The notes: generated from the sequence alone by a model not told the origin. A stretch of DNA of 64,000 nucleotides from Symbiobacterium sp. (GCA_020725405.1 DYFB01000015.1:32157-96156); one strand, 5' to 3'; positions 43,302-52,561 are shown, numbered from the stretch's first letter. Made by a program: numbers and translations.

Positions 43302-45954
43302 GCCCGCAGTCGCGCAGGACGGCCACCGGGGTTTGCTGGAGGCCCTGACCGAGCGGGTTGTCGGCGAAGAGCTCGGCGATGAGCTCCCGGTCTACGCCGG
43401 GAGTTGATCCCAGCACGGTCGCGTCGAGGTCGTTGGCGTCGACGACGACGACGGCCACGTCGACCCCTGCGCTCCGCCTCAGAGCGGCGGCCAACCCGGC
43501 CGCGACCCCGTCGGGGTCCTCCGGGGCGAGCTTGGCGTGCGTGTTGTAGGGCGGGATGGTGCCGGCCGTCGGTCCGTCGATGGCCTTGACTCTCGGGCCG
43601 GCGATGTCGTAGAAGAGTCCCCTCACTCCGATCAGCTTGCCGAGAGCCCCCACGGCGGCGGCGACCAGGATCCTCACGAGCCCGACCTCCCGTATCGCAA
43701 GCTGCATGGTTTCAGGGCGTCCCACTCCTATCCCGTGCGGGTTCCGGTTGACAAAGCGGGACAGAACCCGAGCCGGGAGCGAGACCCGGACTTCGCCGAG
43801 CGGAAAGGACCGGCCCTGGGAGATGGCGACCACCTTCTCGCTCACGGCCACGATGTCCCCGTCACGCAGGACGGGACCGTTCTCCCCGCCGCCCGTCCCG
43901 GCCCGCGCCTCGTCGAGAGCCTGCAGGATGACCTCCGCGGGGTCGTCCCCCCGGCCCACGAGGCGGGTCCGGAGAGGCAGGCGGGCGTAGGCCCGCCCCC
44001 GGGCCACGGTGAAGAGGTGCTTACCCGGGTTCGGCCGGACCACGGTCAGAATCTGCCCGGCCTCCGGGCAGCCGGCGGCCGCGGCCGCGTGGGCCCAGGC
44101 CCTGTCTCCAGCCTCGGTGAAGGACTCCGGGGCCTCTCTCGAGATCTCGCCCCGGTCGTCGAAGAAGACCCTCAGCCACAGCTCCACATTGATGGCCCGC
44201 CAGAAGAACATCGAGTTGTCCAGCCGGCCCGCGCACGCCCCCCGGAAGGCCCGCAGGACCTTCTCCCCGTTCCAGTACTTCCGGCCCTGGAAGGCCGGGC
44301 TGGCGATGAGGCTTCCGAAGACGGCCCGCCGGTTCATGAGCCAGCGTATCTCCGGGGTGGTGAAGCCCACCTTCCATCTCCTGCGCCGGATCTTCTCCGG
44401 GATGATGCCGGACATGGCCTTGCGGAAGACGGCCCGGCTCCAGCCGCTCGAGATGATGGCCTCCGGCGGCAGGGAGAGGATGTGCTCCACCAGCTCCTGG
44501 TCGAGGAACGGCACCCGCGACTCCATGGAGAAAGCCATAGAGTTCTTGTCCTCGTAGCGGAGGAGACAAGGTAGGCTGTAGAGCGTCAGGTCACGCAGGA
44601 GCCTGTCCTTGAGGTCCGCCTGAGGCCGGAGATCGCGCGGCTCGGCCACCGAGGCCCGGAACTCGTCCCGGATCAGGCCGGGCTCGTCTATCCGCCGGCG
44701 GGGGCTCCGCTCGAGGAGCCGGCGCCGCACCAGCGGCCAGAGGACATCCTTCGCGGCCCAGGCCTCCCGGAGCCACAGGCCGAAGCGGCGCTCCCGGAGA
44801 AGCTGCCGGAGATAGACCGCGTGGTAAGGGACGTAGCCGGCTAGGAGCTCGTCCCCCCCTTGCCCATCCAGAAGGACCTTGACCTTTTCCGAGGCCCCCC
44901 GCATCACCCGCCACTGCGCGTAGGGTCCGGTGCTCACGGTGGGCTCCTCCTGGTGCCAAACGAAAGACTCGAGCTCCGTGACGAACTCGTGGGGTGTCGG
45001 GTGGATGTAGTTGGGCTCCGCACGGGTGCCCTGTACGGCCTCCTCAATGTAGTCGCGCTCGTCGATAGGGTCGCCGTCGAACACGGCCGAGAAGGTCTGG
45101 AGCCTGGCCCCCATGGAGCCGGCGTCCCGGTCCTGGGCCTCGAGGAGCTCGTTCATGACCCGCACGATGCTCGTGGAATCGAGTCCTCCGGACAGGCAGG
45201 CCCCGAGGGGGACGTCGGCGACGAGGCGCCTGCGGACGGCTTCCCGGAAGAGGCGCCTGAATTCGGCCGGGTCGGCGTTTCCGTCGGTCGTGAGGCGGGG
45301 GGTCCAGTAGGCCCGGACGCTCATCCCGCCGTCGTCCACGACGGCGTAGGAGGCCGCCGGTAGACGGAGCACCCCTTCGAAGAACGTCTCGTCGCGGTGG
45401 TCGTGAAGACCGTAAGCCAGGTACTCGTAGATGATCTGGTCGCAGGGCGAGGTTCTGAACTCCGGGTCCTGGAGGATGGCCTTTATCTCCGAGGCGAAGA
45501 GGAGTCTCCTTGTGGTGCTCGCGTAGTAGAGCGGCTTTATCCCGAAATGGTCGCGGGCGAGGATGAGCCTGCGCCGCGGAAGGTCGGCCAGGGCGAGGGA
45601 CCACATGCCGTTGAAGCGCTCGAAGCAACCGGTCCCGTACTCCTCGTAGGCGTGGAGGACGACCTCGCTGTCCGAATCGGTCCGGAAGCGGTGACCGGCG
45701 GCGGCGAGTTCCGCCCGGAGCTCGCGGAAGTTGTAGACTTCACCGTTGTAGACGAGCTGGACGGTCCCGTCCTCGTTAGCCATCGGCTGACGTCCGCCCT
45801 CGATGTCGATTATCGAAAGGCGGCGGTGTCCCAGGCTGACGGCCTCGTCCTCGAAGAAGCCCTCGCCGTCGGGGCCGCGGTGCCTGATGACCGCGGTCAT
45901 TCGCCGCAGAAGGGCCGGGTCGGGTCTACCCCAGAAGCCGACGATGCCGCACAT
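43291..45954 (-). CDS. Asparagine synthetase B-like glutamine amidotransferase (class II, Cys2) fused to a C-terminal CofE-like (F420-0:gamma-glutamyl ligase fold) domain, 887 aa
   Basis: N-terminus MCGIVGFWG (Ntn nucleophile), the glutaminase domain and PP-loop ACLSGGLDST span ~630 aa. The C-terminal ~260 aa (DGDIVAVSEKVVAISQGR...PEDPDGVAAGL...VDVAVVVVDANDLD...GQGLQQTPVAVLR) resembles CofE. ATG 45954 has GGAGG 8 nt upstream. The 3' end overlaps the convergent FDH by 11 nt. Confidence 0.8.
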   Translation of the reverse strand: MCGIVGFWGRPDPALLRRMTAVIRHRGPDGEGFFEDEAVSLGHRRLSIIDIEGGRQPMANEDGTVQLVYNGEVYNFRELRAELAAAGHRFRTDSDSEVVLHAYEEYGTGCFERFNGMWSLALADLPRRRLILARDHFGIKPLYYASTTRRLLFASEIKAILQDPEFRTSPCDQIIYEYLAYGLHDHRDETFFEGVLRLPAASYAVVDDGGMSVRAYWTPRLTTDGNADPAEFRRLFREAVRRRLVADVPLGACLSGGLDSTSIVRVMNELLEAQDRDAGSMGARLQTFSAVFDGDPIDERDYIEEAVQGTRAEPNYIHPTPHEFVTELESFVWHQEEPTVSTGPYAQWRVMRGASEKVKVLLDGQGGDELLAGYVPYHAVYLRQLLRERRFGLWLREAWAAKDVLWPLVRRRLLERSPRRRIDEPGLIRDEFRASVAEPRDLRPQADLKDRLLRDLTLYSLPCLLRYEDKNSMAFSMESRVPFLDQELVEHILSLPPEAIISSGWSRAVFRKAMSGIIPEKIRRRRWKVGFTTPEIRWLMNRRAVFGSLIASPAFQGRKYWNGEKVLRAFRGACAGRLDNSMFFWRAINVELWLRVFFDDRGEISREAPESFTEAGDRAWAHAAAAAGCPEAGQILTVVRPNPGKHLFTVARGRAYARLPLRTRLVGRGDDPAEVILQALDEARAGTGGGENGPVLRDGDIVAVSEKVVAISQGRSFPLGEVRVSLPARVLSRFVNRNPHGIGVGRPETMQLAIREVGLVRILVAAAVGALGKLIGVRGLFYDIAGPRVKAIDGPTAGTIPPYNTHAKLAPEDPDGVAAGLAAALRRSAGVDVAVVVVDANDLDATVLGSTPGVDRELIAELFADNPLGQGLQQTPVAVLRDCGPTR

Positions 45955-46149
45955 CGCGGGAGCCTCCATGCACTCTTGTTCTCTGACGCAAAGGTCAAGC
46001 ACTAAGGTATCTGTTCCTGAGGAAGGACGCAAGCGGGACCTCCCGAAGGGTCAGAACAATCATCTACCAGCAAAGCGAACGCCTGGACGCGGGGCTAGGC
46101 CAGCTTCTCCCCGAGCCAGTCCAGGGCCGGCCGGAAGCGAAGGCTAGCT

Positions 46150-46480
46150 CCTCGCGGGCCAGGGGGGGCCGAGACCTCCCGGCCCCGCAGGGCTCCGATC
46201 TTGCGGTCGGCGTGGACGGAAGCGATGAGGAGGCCGTCTGCGACCGCCCGGTTGACCTCGGCCTCAAGGGTCCCTTAGTCCGGTCCGGAGCCCAGGACGT
46301 CGGGAGGAGCCTCCGTGGGACTGACTGGACGTCGGCCCGCGTCGCTCACTCGGGGAGGACCGCCAGTTCGAGGCGCTCGACCCCGAGGGCCCTGGCCGCC
46401 TCCAGGGCGGCCGCGAGGTCCCAGAAGCCCCGACCGAGGGCCAGAGAGAGAGTCCCGGTCGATACGGACACACCGGCCAG
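46150..46480 (-). pseudogene. Degraded remnant of a sugar-phosphate isomerase/epimerase (xylose-isomerase-like TIM barrel) gene
   Basis: Two short minus-strand reading-frame pieces (VSVSTGTLSLALGRGFWDLAAALEAARALGVERLELAVLPE-stop and, after a frame change, TLEAEVNRAVADGLLIASVHADRKIGALRG-stop) resemble the N-terminal third of that family. The remainder is absent. Coordinates are approximate (+/-2 nt). Confidence 0.35.
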
Positions 46481-46485
46481 GCCTG

Positions 46486-48090
46486 TCAACGCCCGTCAGC
46501 TCCCGAGGGCGGCGGCCGGGACGACGATGAGGACGCTGTAAAGGCCACCGCCCTGGCCATTCTCTCAAGACAGAGGTCCCGGCCCAAGGCGGCCATGGTA
46601 TCGAAGAGCGGTGGGCTCGCCACCCGTCCGGTGACAGCGGCCCGGATGGGCTGGAAGACCTTACGCCCTGAGAGCCCCAGTCGCTCGACGAGCGCCCGCC
46701 CGGCCGCCTCCAGGGAGGTGGGACTCCAGTCCTCGTGGTTCCGGTAGGTCTGGAGGGCCTCATCGAGGATGTCCCCGGCCTCACGGAGCATCTTCAAGGC
46801 CGCCTCGTCGGGCTCGATATCGCGGCGGAAGAAGAACTCGGTCGCCGCAACGATGTCCTTGAGGGTTTCGATACGTTCCTGCTCGAGACTCACTATCCAG
46901 ACGACCCGCTCAAAGTCAGAGCGGACCATGCCGGCGGGAGGATCGGGAGCCGCGTCCGGTGGGTCCTCCCCCAGGCTCTCGGCGACGAGCCCGGCCTTCT
47001 TGAGGAAGGGTAGACACCTCCGGGCGAGCTCCTCGCGGTCGAGGCGCCGGATGTAGTTGGCGTTCATCCAGGTGAGTTTCTCCGGATCGAAGACCGACGG
47101 CGCTTTAGTCACCCGCTCGAGGGAGAATTCGGCCAGTATCTCGCGCAGGGTGAGGAACTCCCGCCCGTCAGCCGGGGTCCAGCCGAGAAGAGCCATGAAG
47201 TTGATGAGGGCCTCGGGCAGGAAGCCCTCCTCGCGGTACATCCCGACATAGGCGTTCCCGGCCCGCTTGGCCATCTTCTCCCGGCTGGGAAGCAGGATAT
47301 GCCCGACGTGACCGAAGCGGGGCTGCCTCTCCCCGAGGGCCTCGTAGATGAGGCACTGGACCGGCGTGTTTGGGATGTGACCCTCGCCTCGGATGACGTG
47401 GCTCACCCGCATGGTGATGTCGTCGACCACGACCGCGAAGTTGTAGAGGGGCATCCCGCTCGGGCGGACGATGATGAAGTCGCTGATCGCCTCGGTCGGG
47501 TACTCTATGCGGCCGCGGATGAGGTCGTCGATGACCACCACCCGCCCCCCGGGCACGGCGAAGCGGAGGGCGGGCACCCGATCTTCGGTCTCAAACCGCT
47601 CCCGCTCGGCCTCGCCGAGACGCCGGCAGCGGCCGCTGTACTTGTAGGCCACGCCCGCCCGCTGGGCCTCGGCCCGCTCGGCCTCGAGTTCTTCGGCCGT
47701 GCAGTAGCAAGGGTAGACGTGCCCGCTCTCGACCAGGCGGCGGGCGTACTCCTCGTAGAGCGGCAGCCGCTCCGATTGACGATAAGGGCCGTAGGGGCCG
47801 CCGATGTCCGGCCCCTCGTCCCAGTCCAGGCCGAGCCACCGCATCTCCTCGAAGATGAGCCGCTCGAACTTCGGATCAGAGCGCTCGAGGTCGGTGTCCT
47901 CGAAGCGCAGGATGAACGCGCCGCCGCGGCCCCGCGCGAAGAGCCAGTTGAAGAAAGCCGTGTGCATGTTACCGACGTGGATGGGTCCGGTCGGACTAGG
48001 GGCCACCCGCACTCGCACGGGCCCGACATCCGGCCCTGCCGCCTCTGTTTCCGGTCCGCCGCGCCCCGGGCTCCTCGCCGCCTGTGTCAC
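46486..48090 (-). CDS. gltX: Glutamyl-tRNA synthetase (with N- and C-terminal extensions)
   Basis: The class I HIGH-type motif is VAPSPTGPIHVGNMHT and KMSKS-like elements follow. GTG 48090 has GGAGGGAGGA 6 nt upstream. Alternative GTG 48018 gives the canonical MRVRVAPSPTG N-terminus. Confidence 0.85.
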   Translation of the reverse strand: MTQAARSPGRGGPETEAAGPDVGPVRVRVAPSPTGPIHVGNMHTAFFNWLFARGRGGAFILRFEDTDLERSDPKFERLIFEEMRWLGLDWDEGPDIGGPYGPYRQSERLPLYEEYARRLVESGHVYPCYCTAEELEAERAEAQRAGVAYKYSGRCRRLGEAERERFETEDRVPALRFAVPGGRVVVIDDLIRGRIEYPTEAISDFIIVRPSGMPLYNFAVVVDDITMRVSHVIRGEGHIPNTPVQCLIYEALGERQPRFGHVGHILLPSREKMAKRAGNAYVGMYREEGFLPEALINFMALLGWTPADGREFLTLREILAEFSLERVTKAPSVFDPEKLTWMNANYIRRLDREELARRCLPFLKKAGLVAESLGEDPPDAAPDPPAGMVRSDFERVVWIVSLEQERIETLKDIVAATEFFFRRDIEPDEAALKMLREAGDILDEALQTYRNHEDWSPTSLEAAGRALVERLGLSGRKVFQPIRAAVTGRVASPPLFDTMAALGRDLCLERMARAVAFTASSSSSRPPPSGADGR

Positions 48091-48216
48091 CCCGCGTCCT
48101 CCCTCCGCCTCCGAGCGTCAGGGTCGCCGCAAGTATTCCCGCTGCCCGAGTGGGTCTTCCGGTTTCGTTCGCTCCGGGCCCGGTATTCCCTCCAGTCGTG
48201 CGGACGGGTGGATAGG

Positions 48217-49476
48217 CTAGATCGGCTGGCGCGGGGCCGCCTCCTTGGACGTCCGCCCCCGCGAGGGAACCAGCCTCCAGACACCGGCGGCCGCGAGGGC
48301 CGCCACGACGCTCAGCGAGCCGACGACGCCGAAGGCGGCCGGTGTCCCGAGGCGCTCGGCCAAGGCTCCGGCGAGGAAGGCCCCGAGAGGCGTCACGCCG
48401 CCGAAGACCAGGAAGTAGACACTCATCACCCGCCCGCGAAGCTCGTCCGGTACGGCGGTCTGCACGCTCGTGTTCGAGCTGGCGAGATAGGTGACCATCG
48501 CCGCCCCGCAGCCGAACAGGACGACCGCGGCGAGGACCGGGCTCCCGACCAGCCCTAAGGCTACCTCCCCCGTTCCCAGGAGGACGGCCCCGGCGACGAT
48601 CAGCCGCGCCTGCCGGCCTTCGGTTCCGTAGGTCGCCAGGCCGACCGAGCCTAGGAGGGCCCCGGCCCCCAGGGCGGACATCAGGAACCCGTAGCCGCTG
48701 GAGTCGAGCTCGAGGACCTCGCGGGCGAGCAGGGGGACGAGGACGTTCAGGTTGAGGGCCAGGGTCGAGATGGCCCCGAGCAGGACGATGACCCCCAGAA
48801 CCGCTGGCGTCCCCCGGATGTAGGCCAGGCCTTCCCGTATCTCCCCGAGGGCGCTCCGTCCCCCGGCCCGCCGCGCCCGGTCCGGGACGGTCATCACCCA
48901 CAGGGCGTAGATGACGGCGAAGAAGCTCAGCCCGTTGATGAGGAAGGCCCACCCGGTCCCGACGGCCTTGATGGTCACCCCCGCGAGGGCCGGGCCGACG
49001 ACCCGGGCCAGGTTGAAAATCGTGGAGTTCAGGGCGACCGCGTTCAGGAGGTCCTCCTTGCCGGTCATCTCGACGAAGAACGACTGCCGCGCCGGGGCGT
49101 CGAAGGCCCGGGCCGTCCCGCTCAGGGCGGCCAGGCAGGCGACGTGCCAGAAGCGGACCTGCCCGCTGAGAGTCAGGAAGGCCAGGGCGAAGGCGAACAG
49201 GGCCAGGCTCACTTGGGTCAGGAGGAGGATCTTCCGCTTCGGGAAGCGGTCGGCCAGAACCCCGGCGTAGAGCGTGAGCAAGAGGACCGGCGTGAACTGC
49301 AGGGCGCTCACCAGGCCGAGCTTGAGCGCCGACCCGGTCAGGGTCAGGACGAGCCAGGCCTGGGCCGTCATCTGCATCCAGCTCCCGGCCAGGGATATCA
49401 TCTGTCCGAGCCAGAAGAGCCGGAAGTTACGGTGCCGCAGGGCGCGGAAGGTTCGCGGCGTGGACGGTGCCTCCAA
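48217..49476 (-). CDS. MFS transporter (12 TM, EntS/DHA3-like)
   Basis: The hydropathy pattern fits and the MFS motif GVLADRFPKRKILL between TM2 and TM3 is present. The start is TTG 49476. Confidence 0.75.
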   Translation of the reverse strand: MEAPSTPRTFRALRHRNFRLFWLGQMISLAGSWMQMTAQAWLVLTLTGSALKLGLVSALQFTPVLLLTLYAGVLADRFPKRKILLLTQVSLALFAFALAFLTLSGQVRFWHVACLAALSGTARAFDAPARQSFFVEMTGKEDLLNAVALNSTIFNLARVVGPALAGVTIKAVGTGWAFLINGLSFFAVIYALWVMTVPDRARRAGGRSALGEIREGLAYIRGTPAVLGVIVLLGAISTLALNLNVLVPLLAREVLELDSSGYGFLMSALGAGALLGSVGLATYGTEGRQARLIVAGAVLLGTGEVALGLVGSPVLAAVVLFGCGAAMVTYLASSNTSVQTAVPDELRGRVMSVYFLVFGGVTPLGAFLAGALAERLGTPAAFGVVGSLSVVAALAAAGVWRLVPSRGRTSKEAAPRQPI

Positions 49477-49552
49477 CCCATTGCTTCGGGACGCGAAGGT
49501 CTCTCTACCGTCTATACGCTGCGGCGGGCGTCAATCCTCCTTCTGGGGGACG

Positions 49553-49786
49553 CTAACCGCCCGCCGGAGGGGTCATGAGGATGACCTCGGCCCCGTCCCC
49601 GGGTACGTAGTCCAGCCCGCGGCGTTTCCCGTCGACGACGGCCGCCATGACCAGAGCCCTGGCCACGCCGAGCTTCTCGATGATCCCCGCCACGCTGAGC
49701 GGGGTCTCTAGGACGAGGTCGTAACGGTCCTTGCCGCCGGGGAAGAACTCCACGGCATGCCCGACGACTCTGACGGTCACTTTCAC
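49553..49786 (-). CDS. moaD: MoaD/ThiS-family sulfur-carrier protein (ubiquitin-like, C-terminal Gly-Gly)
   Basis: The 77-aa beta-grasp-like sequence ends ...MTPPAGG-stop. It lies immediately downstream of the AOR gene on the same strand. Confidence 0.7.
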   Translation of the reverse strand: MKVTVRVVGHAVEFFPGGKDRYDLVLETPLSVAGIIEKLGVARALVMAAVVDGKRRGLDYVPGDGAEVILMTPPAGG

Positions 49787-49848
49787 CCTGCGGCCGACCT
49801 CCCCGTCGGGCCGTCGCCCGCCGGGCGGCAGAGGCCGCCCGGCGGGGG

Positions 49849-51705
49849 TCAGGCGCCGAGGTTGAGACTATCGAGCACGAACTCGAGCCCGAGCTCCCGG
49901 AGCTTGGCCGGGGTGGGAAGACCGTTCGCGTCCCAGCCCCTGAGCTCGTAGTACTCGGCCAGCATCCGCTCGGCGTTCTCACGGCTCACGAAGCGGCCCT
50001 TCCCGGCGCCGCTTGGCAGGGGCTCCTCCAGCCAGCGGGCCGGGGGCAGGTCCCACGCCCGGCCGAAATCGGGTCGCTCACGGAGATTGAAGCAGCGGGT
50101 CAGGTTCCATATCCGCTCGGAGATCCGGAGAAGGTCCTCCCAGCTGTACTCCCATCCCGTCACCAGCGGGAACATCTCGGCGTAGTGGCTGAGCTCGAAC
50201 CCGATCTCGACCCACTGCAGCCGGCACAGGCCCAGAGCGTCGAAAAGCGGGCGGACGTGCTGGAGCTCGATAACCTTCCAGGCCTTCCCCTCTATCTTGT
50301 CCTGGCCGACGGCGGCGTCGTAGGTGATGGCCCAGGCCCGGTTGTGGTGGGCCCCGATGTCAGCCGTCATGTAGGCCAGCATCATCGCCGGCGCGTAGCG
50401 CGACTCATAGCCGGAGATCTCGAGCCCCTTTATCTGCATGGCGAACCTCTCCGAGCCCCGGCCCACCTTCTCGGCGGCGCTCTTCACTCCTCGCGCCAGG
50501 AGCTCTCCGACCCCCTCGCGCCGGGCGATACGCTCGAGCAGCCAGGCCACGCCGTCGGGGTCGCCCCAGGTGAGCTCCCGTCCCACATCCTCGGTCGTCA
50601 AGAGGCCCTTCTCCAGGCACTCGAGGACGAAGGCTACCACCGCGCCGCCCGAGATGGTGTCGATGCCGAGCTCGTCAGCCACGTAGTTGACGTAGGCGAC
50701 GTCCTCGATGTTCTCAAGGAGCAGGTTCCCACCCATGAGGGCGATGGTCTCATACTCCGGTCCCTCGACGTAGATGGTCTTGCCTCTGTAGTCGGCCCGC
50801 GAGTACTTGCCGCACGGGATAGGGCACCCGGTGCAGGCCTTGTCGAGGACGAGGATCCTCTCCCGGAGGGTCGGGCCGTTGATGGCCTTGTGTTTCTCGA
50901 AGTAGCCCGTCTGGAAGTTCTTCGTCGGAAAGGCTCCTATCTCGTTGATCCAGTCGGTCACTCCGGCGGTCCCGTAGGGGGTCCATTCCTCGAAGCCGGG
51001 TTTGGCGAAGCAGGCCTCGTACATCTCCTTGCCCTTCCGGAGCGTCCCCTCGGGGTCGGCCACCTCGAAACCCCTTGACCCCCGGACCGCGATAGCCTTC
51101 ACTCTCTTCGAACCGAGGACGGCGCCCACACCGGTCCTGCCGGCCTGCCGCCCGAAGTCATGGGAGACGACCGCGTAGGTGACGAGGTTCTCCCCCGCCG
51201 GCCCGATGACGGCGATCTTGAAGTCCTCGCCGAGGTCGTCCTTCATCTCCTTTTCGGTCTGAATGGCTCCCTTGCCCCAGTACTTGGCCGCGTCCCGAAT
51301 CTCGATCTTCTCGTCGTCAATGAAGATGTAGCTCGGCCCGGCGGCCGCTCCCTCGATGATCAGGGCGTCGTAGCCGGCGAACTTGAGCTCCCCGGCCAGG
51401 TGGCCGCCCATGTTGCTCTCGCCGTAGAGCCCGGTCTGCGGAGACTTGGCGCCCATCTCTATCTTCCCGCTTCCGGGCAGGAACAGCCCGGCCATCGGGC
51501 CGGAGGCCACAACCACCTTGTTCTCCGGTGACAGCGGCTCTGTGCCGGGGCGGAGCTCGTCCCAGAGGATGCGGGCCACGAAGCCGCGGCCCCCGAGGTA
51601 GTTCCGGGCGAGGTCCTCCGGGGTCGGCTCGACGCGGACGTTCCGGCCGCCGAGGTCGATGCGGGCGATACGGCCGCCGTAACCGAACAGCTTCCCTTTG
51701 GGCAT
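49849..51705 (-). CDS. aor: Tungsten-containing aldehyde:ferredoxin oxidoreductase (AOR family)
   Basis: The N-terminal domain GYGGRIARIDLG...YLGGRGFVARILWDEL and the C-terminal catalytic domains identify it. ATG 51705 has GGAGGTGA 9 nt upstream. Confidence 0.9.
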   Translation of the reverse strand: MPKGKLFGYGGRIARIDLGGRNVRVEPTPEDLARNYLGGRGFVARILWDELRPGTEPLSPENKVVVASGPMAGLFLPGSGKIEMGAKSPQTGLYGESNMGGHLAGELKFAGYDALIIEGAAAGPSYIFIDDEKIEIRDAAKYWGKGAIQTEKEMKDDLGEDFKIAVIGPAGENLVTYAVVSHDFGRQAGRTGVGAVLGSKRVKAIAVRGSRGFEVADPEGTLRKGKEMYEACFAKPGFEEWTPYGTAGVTDWINEIGAFPTKNFQTGYFEKHKAINGPTLRERILVLDKACTGCPIPCGKYSRADYRGKTIYVEGPEYETIALMGGNLLLENIEDVAYVNYVADELGIDTISGGAVVAFVLECLEKGLLTTEDVGRELTWGDPDGVAWLLERIARREGVGELLARGVKSAAEKVGRGSERFAMQIKGLEISGYESRYAPAMMLAYMTADIGAHHNRAWAITYDAAVGQDKIEGKAWKVIELQHVRPLFDALGLCRLQWVEIGFELSHYAEMFPLVTGWEYSWEDLLRISERIWNLTRCFNLRERPDFGRAWDLPPARWLEEPLPSGAGKGRFVSRENAERMLAEYYELRGWDANGLPTPAKLRELGLEFVLDSLNLGA

Positions 51706-51733
51706 GAGTCAACTCACCTCCTGGAAAAGACCG

Positions 51734-52162
51734 CTAACCAGCGCGCTTCCTGGCCTCGACGCCGGCCCAGACCACCTTGGCCTCCTCGTCGACGAGGGCC
51801 TGGCGCGGGCAGTAGGCCACGCAGTCCCCGCAGGCCACGCACTTGAAGGGGACCTCGTCATCCTTGTGGGTGAACATGGCTCCCTGGGGGCACTCCTCGA
51901 CGCAGATGAGGCAGCCCGTGCAGAGGTCGGGGTCTACCTCGTAGTGGTCACCCACCTCGTGGATGGCGTTGGCCGGGCAGATCTCGGCGCAGACCCCGCA
52001 CTGATCGCAGATGACGAGGGAGAACCTGCCGGGAGCGGGAAAGGCCCCGGAGACCCGAACCGCCGAACGCTTGGGGTTGGGCTGGGAGAAGTTGCGCATC
52101 GAGCAGACCAGCTCACAAGCGCGGCAGCCCGAGCAAAGCTCTTCCCTGACCGTGAGCTTCAT
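51734..52162 (-). CDS. 4Fe-4S polyferredoxin (AOR-associated electron-transfer subunit)
   Basis: It carries four CxxCxxCxxxCP-type cluster motifs (CSGCRACELVC, CDQCGVCAEICP, CTGCLICVEECP, CVACGDCVAYCP). ATG 52162 has AAGGAGGTGA upstream. Confidence 0.8.
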   Translation of the reverse strand: MKLTVREELCSGCRACELVCSMRNFSQPNPKRSAVRVSGAFPAPGRFSLVICDQCGVCAEICPANAIHEVGDHYEVDPDLCTGCLICVEECPQGAMFTHKDDEVPFKCVACGDCVAYCPRQALVDEEAKVVWAGVEARKRAG

Positions 52163-52298
52163 CTTCTCACCTCCTTGGCTTCATCCGCGCCGTAGACGGT
52201 TCGAGTTCCGTCGAGGTCATTCCTCCCGGACCGGTCGCCGAGTCTTTTGCGGTAGGGCGACCGAGGCTCTCACCGACATCCGCACCCGTCTCGGCACC

Positions 52299-52360
52299 GT
52301 GCCGGGCCGGGCCAGCATGTTTGAGTTCCCGTGCCGGGCCGGGCCAGCATGTTTGAGTTC
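52299..52360. repeat. Tandem direct repeat, 30 bp x2 with a 2-bp spacer (gtgccgggccgggccagcatgtttgagttc), followed by an unusually AT-rich ~130-bp stretch
   Basis: Read directly in the 400-bp gap between the ferredoxin start and the SASP gene. Confidence 0.8.
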
Positions 52361-52561
52361 AGTAACGACAACAAACTTGTTGGGTTTTGGACAACCTTAA
52401 ATCCTGCTAAAGACCCTTTTGTCCATCATCCTTCTAACATCAACGCCCAAGACGCGATAGACACTAACGCTGCTGAGAACGTTGCTGAGTGTGTCGGGCA
52501 ACACTCCGGGTCGCGCGCCCGCGACACGTCAGACTCCAGAGCACGAAGGGAGGTGACCGGA

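Noticed and set aside
48091-48216. T-box leader upstream of gltX
   Set aside because: Only ~126 nt separate gltX from the preceding MFS gene, which is too short for a T-box riboswitch. No specifier/T-box consensus (AATTAGGGTGGNACCGCG-like) is seen.
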